A DNA stretch of 64,000 nucleotides from Macrostomum lignano (lineage: Eukaryota): positions 1 through 64,000 of the forward strand of contig NIVC01000651.1 in NCBI GenBank assembly GCA_002269645.1. Direction: 5' to 3'. The translations under genes and the position numbers were made by a program. The notes under the pieces were generated by a model, which was given only the letters and a program-made list of their open reading frames with translations, did not search any database and had not been told where the DNA came from. Below, piece by piece: positions 11,979-22,776 of this stretch (the first letter of the stretch is position 1; every line of letters begins with the position of its first letter).

Positions 11979-12352
11979 TAGCTTAGTGCAATCTAAAAAC
12001 TGTAAAATTATATTGGGTAATTTTAATTACGCATCTAATAAGCATCTCGTTTACATAATGCATTGTACGCAATGTACAAAAATATTTTCAAAAAACGAAA
12101 CAAAAAACAGGTTGATCGAATTGCTAAAGAAGAAGATTGTATTCCGAATTGATGCATGTTTTTACATGTAAAATGCAGGCCTTGCTACACATTAAGAGGT
12201 AAGAATTAGCGAGATAGCCAAATCCAGGTGAATCTGCAGCAGCCAGGAGCCGCGCAGGGAAGGCCTTGGTTCGATTCCAAGAATCAGCTGCTATTTCCGG
12301 GCGGCTGCTGGCCGCAATCTATCCGTATTGCACAGTTGAGCACTGCAGCTGC

Positions 12353-15300
12353 TCAGAGTATGAGCTCGGCACTGGAGTGCCCGTTGTCAGCTGAGTGCTG
12401 TCCAGGCCGGGAGAAGCCCGCGTGCACCATGACGGGCTGCTGATGATGCAGGCGGGACCGCCCGACAAGACGGCCGACTGAAAAAGTGGAATTCACGCTG
12501 AGCGAGTTCAGCGCCTTGGCGCTTTCCGAGAGCAGCGCGCCACCAGAGGCTGAGGATGCCTCCCTGCAAAGTTGCGATTAAGCAAAGTAAGTGAATGAGT
12601 GAGCCAGTGGGTGAGTGAGTGAGCGGGTGAGTCAGTGAGAGTTGGTGAATAAGGGCCAGTGAGAGTTGTGTGAATAAGGGCCAGTGAGAGTTGGTGAATA
12701 AGGGCCAGTGAGAGTTGTGTGAATAAGGGCCAGTGAGAGTTGGTGAATAAGGGCCAGTGAGAGTTGGTGAATAAGGGCCAGTGAGAGTTGGTGAATAAGG
12801 GCCAGTGAGAGTTGGTGAATAAGGGCCAGTGAGAGTTGGTGAATAAGGGCCAGTGAGAGTTGGTGAATAAGGGCCAGTGAGAGTTGGTGAATAAGGGCCA
12901 GTGAGAGTTGGTGAATAAGGGCCAGTGAGAGTTGGTGAATAAGGGCCAGTGAGAGTTGGTGAATAAGGGCCAGTGAGAGTTGGTGAATAAGGGCCAGTGA
13001 GAGTTGGTGAATAAGGGCCAGTGAGAGTTGGTGAATAAGGGCCAGTGAGAGTTGGTGAATAAGGGCCAGTGAGAGTTGGTGAATAAGGGCCAGTGAGAGT
13101 TGGTGAATAAGGGCCAGTGAGAGTTGGTGAATAAGGGCCAGTGAGAGTTGGTGAATAAGGGCCAGTGAGAGTTGGTGAATAAGGGCCAGTGAGAGTTGGT
13201 GAATAAGGGCCAGTGAGAGTTGGTGAATAAGGGCCAGTGAGAGTTGGTGAATAAGGGCCAGTGAGAGTTGGTGAATAAGGGCCAGTGAGAGTTGGTGAAT
13301 AAGGGCCAGTGAGAGTTGGTGAATAAGAGTCAGTAGAAGTGGGTCAGTAGTGAGCAAACCCGTGGGTCAGTAGTGAGCAAATCCGTGGTCAGTAGTGAGC
13401 AAATCCGTGGGTCAGTAAGTAGTGAGCAAATCCGTGGGTCAGTAGTGAGCAAATCCGTGGGTCAGTAGTGAGCAAATCCGTGGGTCAGTAGTGAGCAAAT
13501 CCGTGGGTCAGTAGTGAGCAAATCCGTGGGTCAGTAAGTAGTGAGCAAATCCGTGGGTCAGTAGTGAGCAAATCCGTGGGTCAGTAAGTAGTGAGCAAAT
13601 CCGTGGGTCAGTAAGTAGTGAGCAAATCCGTGGGTCAGTAGTGAGCAAATCCGTGGTCAGTAGTGAGCAAATCCGTGGGTCAGTAAGTAGTGAGCAAATC
13701 CGTGGTCAGTAAGTAGTGAGCAAATCCGTGGGTCAGTAGTGAGCAAATCCGTGGGTCAGTAGTGAGCAAATCAGTGGGTCAGTAAGTAGTGAGCAAATCT
13801 GTGGGTCAGTAGTGAGCAAACCCGTGGTCAGTAGTGAGCAAATCCGTGGGTCAGTAAGTAGTTAGCAAATCCGTGGGTCAGTCACCTGGCCCGGTCACCG
13901 CTGGCGTGTCTGCCGAGTCCGCGCAGGTTCAGGTGGTCTCCGCTGCTGCGCAGAGCCTCTAGCGGCTGCTGCGGCGGCGCCTCCTCCAGGCAGGGGGTGA
14001 CGCATTCCGGCGAGTTCAGCAGCACCTCCAGCGCCTCCTCCACGCTCGGCCGGTCCTTGGGCTCGAACTGCCAGCAGCGGCCGACCAGAGCGCGCAGCTC
14101 CGGCGTGGCGTCGGCGGGGAAGGCGGTGAAGAGGGTGAGGCCGCGGCTCACCTGACTGATGACCTGCTGCTGGCTGAGGTGCTGGAAGGGGAACTTGCCG
14201 AAGGTGACAATCTCGTACAGCACAACAGCGTAGGACCACATGTCGCTGTTCACGGTGAAGTACATGTACTGGATGGACTCGGGCGGCATCCAGCGCACTG
14301 GCACGAGCTTGTTGTTCTGCACCCGATAGTACTCCTTGATGTAGCGCGCGAGCCCAAAGTCGCCCACCTTCACCTGCGAAAGGCAAAGGTTGGCACAGCA
14401 GTCATGCCCACTCCGATGACACAGGGTGAACAGCAGTCCTAACTCTCTCATCGTGAGGCACTGTGCACTGGGGGTCGGCTCTAGTAATGCGGCCGGGTTA
14501 CCGCTGGGCTACTGAGGAGCTCAGCCTAATATGCCACTCGCCTGGAAGTGCAAGCCTCTCATTCACTTCAGCTGCAGACCTTCATTGCAGACCTCAAGAC
14601 AAAGACTCCCTGATATTCAAGCATATGCTCACTGCTGAGCAGCTCACCTGGAACCGGTCATTGATCATGCAGTTCCTGAGCGCCAGGTCCCGGTGCACCA
14701 TATGCCTGTTGTGCAGGTAGTCAATGCCGCGGGCGATGTCAATGGCGTACTGGGTGAGGGCGGCCGGGCAGGTCTCCGGGGAGGTCTTCGTCAGCGCCTG
14801 GGTGCGCCGGGCCATCAGGAAGGACTTGAGGTCGCCGTGGAGGCACATCTCCATCACGATGTAGAAGGGCTGCTCGGCGGTGCACACGCCCAGCAGCTGC
14901 ACGATGTTGTCGTGGCGGAACTGCGACAGCGTAGCGGCCTCCTCCAAGAACTGCATGATGGCCTCCTGCTTCAGGTCGTCGTTCATCACCTTGACGGCGC
15001 AGGAGGTCCAGCCGCTGCGCACGCCGGAAACCAGAAGGTTGACTTCGCCGCCGTAGACTGTGCCGAAGCAGCCCTTGCCCATCTTGCGGTTGAGCACCAC
15101 CTGGGCGAGCGGGTTGGTTCGCTAATCAGTTCGGTCACGGATACGTATGCAGACAGTCGCAGGGCTTGAGGAGTCCGGGTTTTTAAGGAGGTGTCTTGAG
15201 GAGTCCGGGTTTCTGGTGTATTTAGGTGTCCGCCTGTCCGGGATTCAGGTGTCTTTAAGGAGTCTGGGTTTCGGGTATCCGCACTGAGGTGTCCTAGTTG

Positions 15301-18300
15301 TGAGGTGTCTGGATTTCGGCTGTACACATGGGGTTCGGGGATCAAAAACCACTACTGGGACTCCAATGCCTAAAAGCAAAACGGCCAAGACTCAAATCCT
15401 CCCCACCTGTTGTTTTGGGATCTCGACCTCGGCTAGGCGGTCGCGCAGTTGCTGATAGGGCTGCGTTTGCTTAGCCTCCTCGCGACTCTGATAGAAGCGC
15501 AGCAGGCCGACAAAGATGGATAGCAGGCCGGCCAGGCAGAGCAGGAAGATGCTAGAGATGAGGGCGACAATGGTCTGGGGGCAGGTAAGATCGCGGTAGA
15601 AGACTCGCATGAAGGCCGTGGTGCAGTTGTCCTCGATGGCGAAGCGCTTGGGGAAATTTCCGTCCACCGTGTCAAAGGAGCCCTTCGTTTTCTGATGCGA
15701 ATCGCTGATCCTCACTTCGATGCGGGAGCCCGTCTGCTGCCACTTGAACTCGGCCAAGAAGTCACTGGTGACGATTTTCCCCCGCACCTTCATCTTGTCA
15801 GAGATTGGCGCTTTGTCGTTGGTGTTCGCGGTGCCAAAGAAGTCCTGGGCCCTTGGCGACAAGTCCATGTCGAATCGGCGCACAAGGACCTGCAGAGACA
15901 AACAAGTGCATTGCGTTTCGGGTGACCGGGTGGGGTTTCTCGGCTGCAGGTGCCCAGGTAGGAGTGTCCGAATGGAGGTGGTGTGTCCACGTAGCAGTTT
16001 TGGTGTTACGGGTACCTGGGGTGGAAATGGATATCGGGTGTCCGGGTTGCGGGTGTCCGGGTGGGTCGGGGTTGGGTGTCCGGGTGGGTCGGGGTTGGGT
16101 GTCCGGGTGGGTCGGGGTTGGGTGTCCGGGTGTGTCAGGGTTGAGTGTCCGGGTGTGTCGGGGTTGGGTGTCCGGGTGTGTCAGGGTTGAGTGTCCGGGT
16201 GTGTCGGGGTTGGGTGTCCGGGTGTGTCAGGGTTGAGTGTCCGGGTGTGTCGGGGTTGGGTGTCCGGGTGTGTCAGGGTTGAGTGTCCGGGTGTGTCGGG
16301 GTTGGGTGTCCGGTGTGTCAGGGTTGAGTGTCCGGGTGTGTCGGGGTTGGGTGTCCGGGTGTGTCAGGGTTGAGTGTCCGGGTGTGTCGGGTTGGGTGTC
16401 CGGGTGTGTCGGAGTTGGGTGTTCCAGTTGCCGAAGTCCAGGTTGTGCATGGGTTGGGTGTCCGGGTGTGTCGGAGTTGGGTGTTCCAGTTGCCGAAGTC
16501 CAGGTTGTGCATGAGTTGGGTGTCCGGGTGTGTCGGAGTTGGGTGTTCCAGTTGCCGAAGTCCAGGTTGTGCATGGGTTGGGTGTCCGGGTTGCGCATCT
16601 AGGTTGCAGCAGCGGGTGACAGACAGTGAAAAGTTGTGGGCAGTTCGCATGCATGCACAGCTCGAATTACCATCATGAGGCCCCTATCAATGCCGTGGCT
16701 GCGGCTGAGGTGCAAGTCGTCAAAGCTGCTGTTCTCCAGAGCCTCCTTGTACATCGTGGCCACCCGCGGGCTGTTGAGATGGTAGGCGGCCGAGGGGTCG
16801 AGCATCAGCACCCGGGACAGAGCGTGCGCCATGAGCTGCACCGCCTGGGTGGTGTACACTCCGTAATAGAAGGAATCGGACTTGCTCGGCGGTCGCGAGC
16901 TCTTGCCCACAAACTGCAGTTCCGGCCTGGGTTTCACGTGGTTCTGCACAACAACATGGCCATTGGCCACGTTTTTAATCTGCTCTGCGGTGCAGCCGTC
17001 GGGGTTCTCCTCCAGCAGCGCGGTGGTGTTGTGGCAAACCACCCTGCTGTTGACGAACACGTCCAGGGCTCTGTTGGCCAGGATGAACAGGTAGTTCTCT
17101 CGCTGGTACATCTCCAGCTTGTAGGCGGAGCACAGGTACAGGCAGGTGCCCCGCTTCAGGTAGTCCATGGCAAACACCTGCGATTTGGGGAGGCTGAGGC
17201 CTCTTAATGTGAATGCTTCGACTCGCATCTCATTTAGCTGGATGGCCCTCCAGAATTCTGATAAAAGATAAAGCTTAGCCAAATTAGTTAGAATTTGATT
17301 TTCAACTGGTTTCATAAATTACGGAAAAACCGGCCTTTAAAAACACTTCACCAAGCTCAGGGATACAGAGGGACGGAGGTCGGAAGAGGCAATTTCAAGG
17401 AATTGCTTCCCAGTGCAGTGGGTAAATGGAGGGGCGGCAACTTGAATAACCCCCAAACACTGCACCTGGCACTTCTTCTTCTTGGCAGCCTCCAGAATTT
17501 TCTTGGTGTGCTCGAGCGTCAGCGACTCCTCCTCGACGACCTCCTCGAAGCAGACGCTCAGGCCGCCGTCCTTCTCAAATTCGTCGCGGCGCAGGAAGAG
17601 CTTCCCACTGGACAGCAGCGCCACGTCCGGCCAGTTCTCGCTGCGCAGGTACTCGGCCACAGTCTTGGAGTAGGCGGCCAGGCTGGGCACAGTGCGGAAG
17701 AAGTAGGGGTAGGCGTCCACGTCGCTGTACACCGCCGACTCCACGGTGGGCGACACGACCACGGTGCGGCTGTGGCTGCTGATCTCGGCAATGGGGCCTA
17801 CAGTCTCTGAGCAGGTGCCGGCGATCATGCCGACCAGCGGCCGGGCTGGGCTAGAGGAGCACGTGACCTGCGGGGCGGGTTGACAGGCCATTTGTAGGTC
17901 ATTTCTGAGCCTGAGACATGGCGATATACTAGAAACAAATTCTGTAGATTTTAAATATTATTAAGGGAAGTTATCCTAGGGAAGGCCTGGGAGGCACCAG
18001 CTGCAGTAGGAGGAGTTCTGAATTCAGTTCTGAAGTAACAGGAGGCACCAGCTACAGCAGAGGTGTCAGTAGCAGGAAGCATCAGCTACAGCAGAGGTGT
18101 CAGTAGCAGGAAGCACCAGCTACAGCAGAGGTGTCAGTAGCAGGAGGCACCAGCTACAGCAGAGGTGTCAGTAGCAGGAGGCACCAGCTACAGCAGAGGT
18201 GTCAGTAGCAGGAAGCATCAGCTACAGCAGAGGTGTCAGTAGCAGGAGGCACCAGCTACAGCAGAGGTGTCAGTAGCAGGAGGCACCAGCTACAGCAGAG

Positions 18301-21300
18301 GTGTCAGTAGCAGGAGACACCAGCTACAGCAGAGGTGTCAGTAGCAGGAGGCACCAGCTACAGCAGAGGTGTCAGTAGCAGGAGGCACCAGCTACAGCAG
18401 AGGTGTCAGTAGCAGGAGACACCAGCTACAGCAGAGGTGTCAGTAGCAGGAGGCACCAGCTACAGCAGAGGTGTCAGTAGCAGGAGACACCAGCTACAGC
18501 AGAGGTGTCAGTAGCAGGAGGCACCAGCTACAGCAGAGGTGTCAGTAGCAGGAGGCACCAGCTACAGCAGAGGTGTCAGTAGCAGGAGGCACCAGCTACA
18601 GCAGAGATGTCAGTAGCAGGAAAGCGCTATTAAGAGACGCCAGCCAGAGGAGAGGAGGGCAGGTTTTGCAGAAGACAGCCAGGTGACAAAGAAGCGACCA
18701 GGCAAGCCCCGCTCACATTGGAGAGAAACTGCAGCGCGTCGGCCTTGTCGCAGTCCATGCCGCGGGTCACGAGCCGCAGGCTGAGCCCGGACTCACGCAG
18801 GTGGCACAGCGCCTGGCGGTACAGCGCTGTTACGCTGCTGGCGCCATCGGCCTCGGCGAGCTCCGAGCTGGCGTTGGCGGACTGGCGGACGGCGCTGACA
18901 TTGCACGGCTGAACCTCCCTGATGGTCCTGTACGCGGCGTCCAGCACCGTCCGGTCCGTCAGCTTGGGGCCGCTGGGCCACAGCAGCGCCAGTGTCAGCG
19001 GCAGCGAGCTGTTGCTCATGTGGCGGAGGCCCCAAGGCGCTGGCAGCTGCCGGAGCGAGTTGGCGAGCCACCTGGAGTTTGGGGTACGGGGTTAAGCTGG
19101 GCGAGTCTGGTAGGACGTCTGAAGAATGACAAACGAATGACTTGGAACCTTTTGAAAAATTCCAGATGTCCATCTATGAGTATGACCCTCCGATAAGTCT
19201 CTATGACCCTTCAATGAGTTTTTATATGACCCTCCAATAAGTCTATGACCCTCCGATGAGTCTCTATGACCCTCCAATGAGTCTCTATGACCCTCCGATA
19301 AGTCTCTATGACCCTTCAATGAGTTTTTATATGACCCTCCAATAAGTCTATGACCCTCCGATGAGTCTCTATGACCCTCCGATGAGTCTCTATGACCCTC
19401 CAATGAGTCTCTATGACCCTCCGATGAGTCTCTATGATCCTCCGATGAGTCTCTATGACCCTCCGATGAGTCTCTATGATCCTCCGATGAGTCTCTATGA
19501 CCCTCCAATAAGTATATGACCCTCCGATGAGTCTCTATGACCCTCCAATGAGTCTCTATGACCCTCCGATGAGTCTCTATGATCCTCCGATGAGTCTCTA
19601 TGATCCTCCGATGAGTCTCGATGATCCTCCGATGAGTCTCTATGATCCTCCGATGAGTCTCTATGATCCTCCAATGAGTCTCTATGATCCTCCGATGAGT
19701 CTCTATGACCCTCTCATGAGTCTCTATGACCCTCCGATGAGTCTCTATGACCCTCCGATGAGTCTCTATGACCCTCCAATGAGTCTCTATGACCCTCCCA
19801 TCACACGCATCTTTGAGAACAGCTCACCCGCAGAGGCCGTCCATCCGAGCGGGCAGAGAATCCGACAGGGCGAAGTCGCGCAGAAAGTCAGCGAGCTGCG
19901 GGTCGTAGGCCGCCAGGCGGGTGAGCATCAGCTTCTTCTGCTGCCGCCGGACTCCCGAGACGTGCGCGTAGCCGCCGACCGAGACGCTGGCAAAGTCGCG
20001 AATGTCGTTGGCGCTGCCGCACTTCTGGGCCATCATGGACACGATGGGGAAGCCGGCCTGGGACTCGGCCTTCTCACCAAAATGGTTGATTGCGCAGTCC
20101 CTGTGCTCAGGAGCAGCGTAAAAATACCTGTGGGTGTTGATCACAAGTGAGCAGCTATGAACTCTAATATTACTAATTGAGACGTCACACTCGTCACAAC
20201 CTATCATGAAATGTTAAATTGAAGACGCATCTTATCCGCCTTCCCAGCCGGGGGACCGTATCTACACCAAGGGAACCGCATCTACACCAAGGGAACCGCA
20301 TCTACACCAAGGGAACCGCATCTACACCAAGGGAACCGCATCTACACCAAGGGAACCGCATCTACACCAAGGGAACCGTATCTACACCAAGGGGACCGTA
20401 TCTACACCAAGGGGACCGTATCTGCACCAAGGGGACCGTATCTACACCAAGGGGACTGTATCTACACCAAGGGGACCGTATCTACACCAAGGGGACCGTA
20501 TCTACACCAAGGGGACCGTATCTGCACCAAGGGGACCGTATCTACACCAAGGGGACTGTATCTACACCAAGGGGACCGTATCTACACCAAGGGGACCGTA
20601 TCTATACCTACCAAGGGGACCGTATCTACACCAAGGGGACCGTATCTATACCTACCAAGGGGACCGTATCTACACCAAGGGGACCGTATCTATACCTACC
20701 AAGGGGACCGTATCTACACCGGAGGGCCTCAGCAGCGAGTAGCAGCTCAGCCCGGCCCGAGCACTTACGACTGCGCATCCCGGAACAGAAAGCCGTAGTC
20801 AACATAGCTGTTGTCAACAGACAGCAGGTCGCTCAGCTTAATGACGCAAGCGTAGGGGTGCCGGCAGCTGTCGGAGCTGACCACTTCGGCATCCGGGTAG
20901 CGGAAAATCTCCCGCAGCAGCACCGCCAGGGCCTCGCCGCGCACCTCGTCGCCTGGCCCGACTGCCACGCTGATTGGATTTTGCGCATCGTCATGCGTAG
21001 CGTTGAAAAAATACCTCAGGCGGGACGACACGTCTGTGGATTGGGGAGCGGCAGAACGACTCGATAGATTTGCGGGTATGAGATCAGTGGTACAGTGAGT
21101 ACAGTGGGAGAGGTGAGCAGTGAGTACAGTGGGGAGAGCTGAGCACAGTGGGGAGGGCTGAGCAATGAGTACAGTGGGGAGAGCTGAGCACAGTGGGGAG
21201 GGCTGAGCAGTGAGTACAGTGGGAAGAGCTGAGCACAGTGGGGAGGGCTGAGCACAGTGGGAAGAGCTGAGCACAGTGGGGAGGGCTGAGCACAGTGGGG

Positions 21301-21897
21301 AGGGCTGAGCACAGTGGGGAGGGGGCTAGCTGAGTTCAGTAAAGACAGTAGAACCATGAGCTACAACGGTGACTGAGTGAGCAGTGGAGGCTGAGCAGAG
21401 TGGGGGGGGGGCTAGCTGAGTTCAGTAAAGACAGTAGAACCATGAGCTACAACGGTGACTGAGTGAGCAGTGGAGGCTGAGCAGAGTGGGGGGGCTAGCT
21501 GAGTTCAGTAAAGACAGTAGAACCATGAGCTACAACGGTGACTGAGTGAGCAGTGGAGGCTGAGCAGAGTGGGGGGGGCTAGCTGAGTTCAGTAAAGACA
21601 GTAGAACCATGAGCTACAACGGTGACTGAGTGAGCAGTGGAGGCTGAGCAGTGGAGGCTGAGCAGAGTGGGGGGGCTAGCTGAGTTCAGTAAAGACAGTA
21701 GAACCATGAGCTACAACGGTGACTGAGTGAACAAAACACAGAGAACAGGCGGCAGTAGAGACTCATTAGCATTGCTCACACTGTGCAATTTGCTCATCAG
21801 CAGACAAGTTGCAGTGGAGCGGCGCCCCCTCAGCAGGCAGTTGAGCCAGCAGAAACAGCAGGCAGGACAGCAGGCGGGGGCGGGTCGGCGGCTGCAT
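12353..21897 (-). CDS. VKR: Venus kinase receptor (VKR): signal peptide, extracellular Venus-flytrap/ANF-receptor-like region, single TM helix, insulin-receptor-like tyrosine kinase; about 1193 aa
   Basis: Exons 21897-21780, 21033-20769, 20127-19828, 19071-18717, 17867-17466, 17177-16671, 15889-15407, 15100-14648, 14373-13886, 12563-12353 (3582 nt, in frame). Signal MQPPTRPRLLSCLLFLLAQLPAEG. VFT motifs LVGMIAGTCSETVGPIAE and YSDVDAYPYFFRTVPS. TM IVALISSIFLLCLAGLLSIFVGLL. Kinase GKGCFGTVYGG, CAVK, HRDLALRN, DFGLARYIKEYYR, PVRWMPPES, then PCL. The last exon is inferred from phase. Confidence 0.85.
12635..13330. repeat. Intronic minisatellite, 24-nt unit (AATAAGGGCCAGTGAGAGTTGGTG), about 28 copies, VKR last intron
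   Basis: Read directly. Confidence 0.95.
13335..13881. repeat. Intronic minisatellite, 23/27-nt unit (GTGGGTCAGTAGTGAGCAAATCC), abutting the previous array and the VKR exon 9 donor
   Basis: Read directly. Confidence 0.95.
16035..16590. repeat. Intronic G/T-rich minisatellite (GGGTGTCCGGGTGTGTCGGGGTT, about 23 nt, evolving to longer units), VKR intron 6
   Basis: Read directly. Confidence 0.9.
18045..18622. repeat. Intronic minisatellite, 34-nt unit (AGCAGGAGGCACCAGCTACAGCAGAGGTGTCAGT), about 17 copies, VKR intron 4
   Basis: Read directly. Confidence 0.95.
19180..19800. repeat. Intronic minisatellite, 21-nt unit (ATGACCCTCCGATGAGTCTCT), VKR intron 3
   Basis: Read directly; the MSLYDPP-periodic ORF is its translation. 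Confidence 0.95.
20250..20720. repeat. Intronic minisatellite, 20-nt unit (ACCGTATCTACACCAAGGGG), VKR intron 2
   Basis: Read directly. Confidence 0.95.
21085..21730. repeat. Two adjacent intronic arrays in VKR intron 1: short CACAGTGGGGAGGGCTGAG-type units, then an about 84-nt unit x5
   Basis: Read directly. Confidence 0.85.
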
Positions 21898-22029
21898 GGC
21901 GGCTACGGCTGCATCGGGGTGGGCCGGACCTCGAGCTGCCAGCTGGCTGAAGCGAATGGCAGAATGGCAGTGAATTTGCCCGGCTGCTAACAATTATGAA
22001 AACTGGTGACTTCTGAAGTTGGCCAGCCT

Positions 22030-22430
22030 CAAATCTCGGGACTCTGGGATCAGCAGACAGGAAATGAGGCGGCTTAAAATCTCGGGACTGCGGACTCTGT
22101 GATCAGCAGACAGGAAATGAGGCAGCTTAAAATCTCGGGACTCTGGACTCTGTGATCAGCAGACAGGAAATGAGGCGGCTTAGAATCTCGGGACTGCGGA
22201 CTCTGTGATCAGCAGACAGGAAATGAGGCGGCTTAGAATCTCGGGACTCTGGTCTTTGTGATCAGCAGACAGGAAATGAGGCGGCTTAAAATCTCGGGAC
22301 TGCGGACTCTGTGATCAGCAGACAGGAAATGAGGCAGCTTAAAATCTCGGGACTGCGGACTCTGTGATCAGCAGACAGGAAATGAGGCGGCTTAAAATCT
22401 CGGGACTCTGGTCTCTGTGATCAGCAGACA
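22030..22430. repeat. 53-nt tandem array (about 7-8 copies) between the zinc-finger gene 3' end and the VKR start
   Basis: Unit CTCTGTGATCAGCAGACAGGAAATGAGGCGGCTTAAAATCTCGGGACTGCGGA. Confidence 0.9.
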
Positions 22431-22776
22431 AAAAAATGAGCGAATCTCCGCAACAACTAACAGGCGGGCAGCTCTCGTAAGATCAAAAGCACAACAGGCA
22501 GTCTGTGGTGCATTGCATTTGAACTGATTGATTTATTGAAAGCAAATCACTGACAAAGCAGTGCAAGAATGCCGAAAGTTCAGTACAAGAGAGATTAACT
22601 TGGAGTAAAAATACGATACTAACAGTTTAGTAAGCTTAGACAATTATAATTTCATTGACTTAATTAATGCACAATTCTTAACATAGGGAAAGCTTATTGC
22701 AGAGCCGGAGATAACTACAGAAAATGCAGAGCCGATGCCAACGCTACTGTGAGTAGTATTATATATATTCGCTGCT

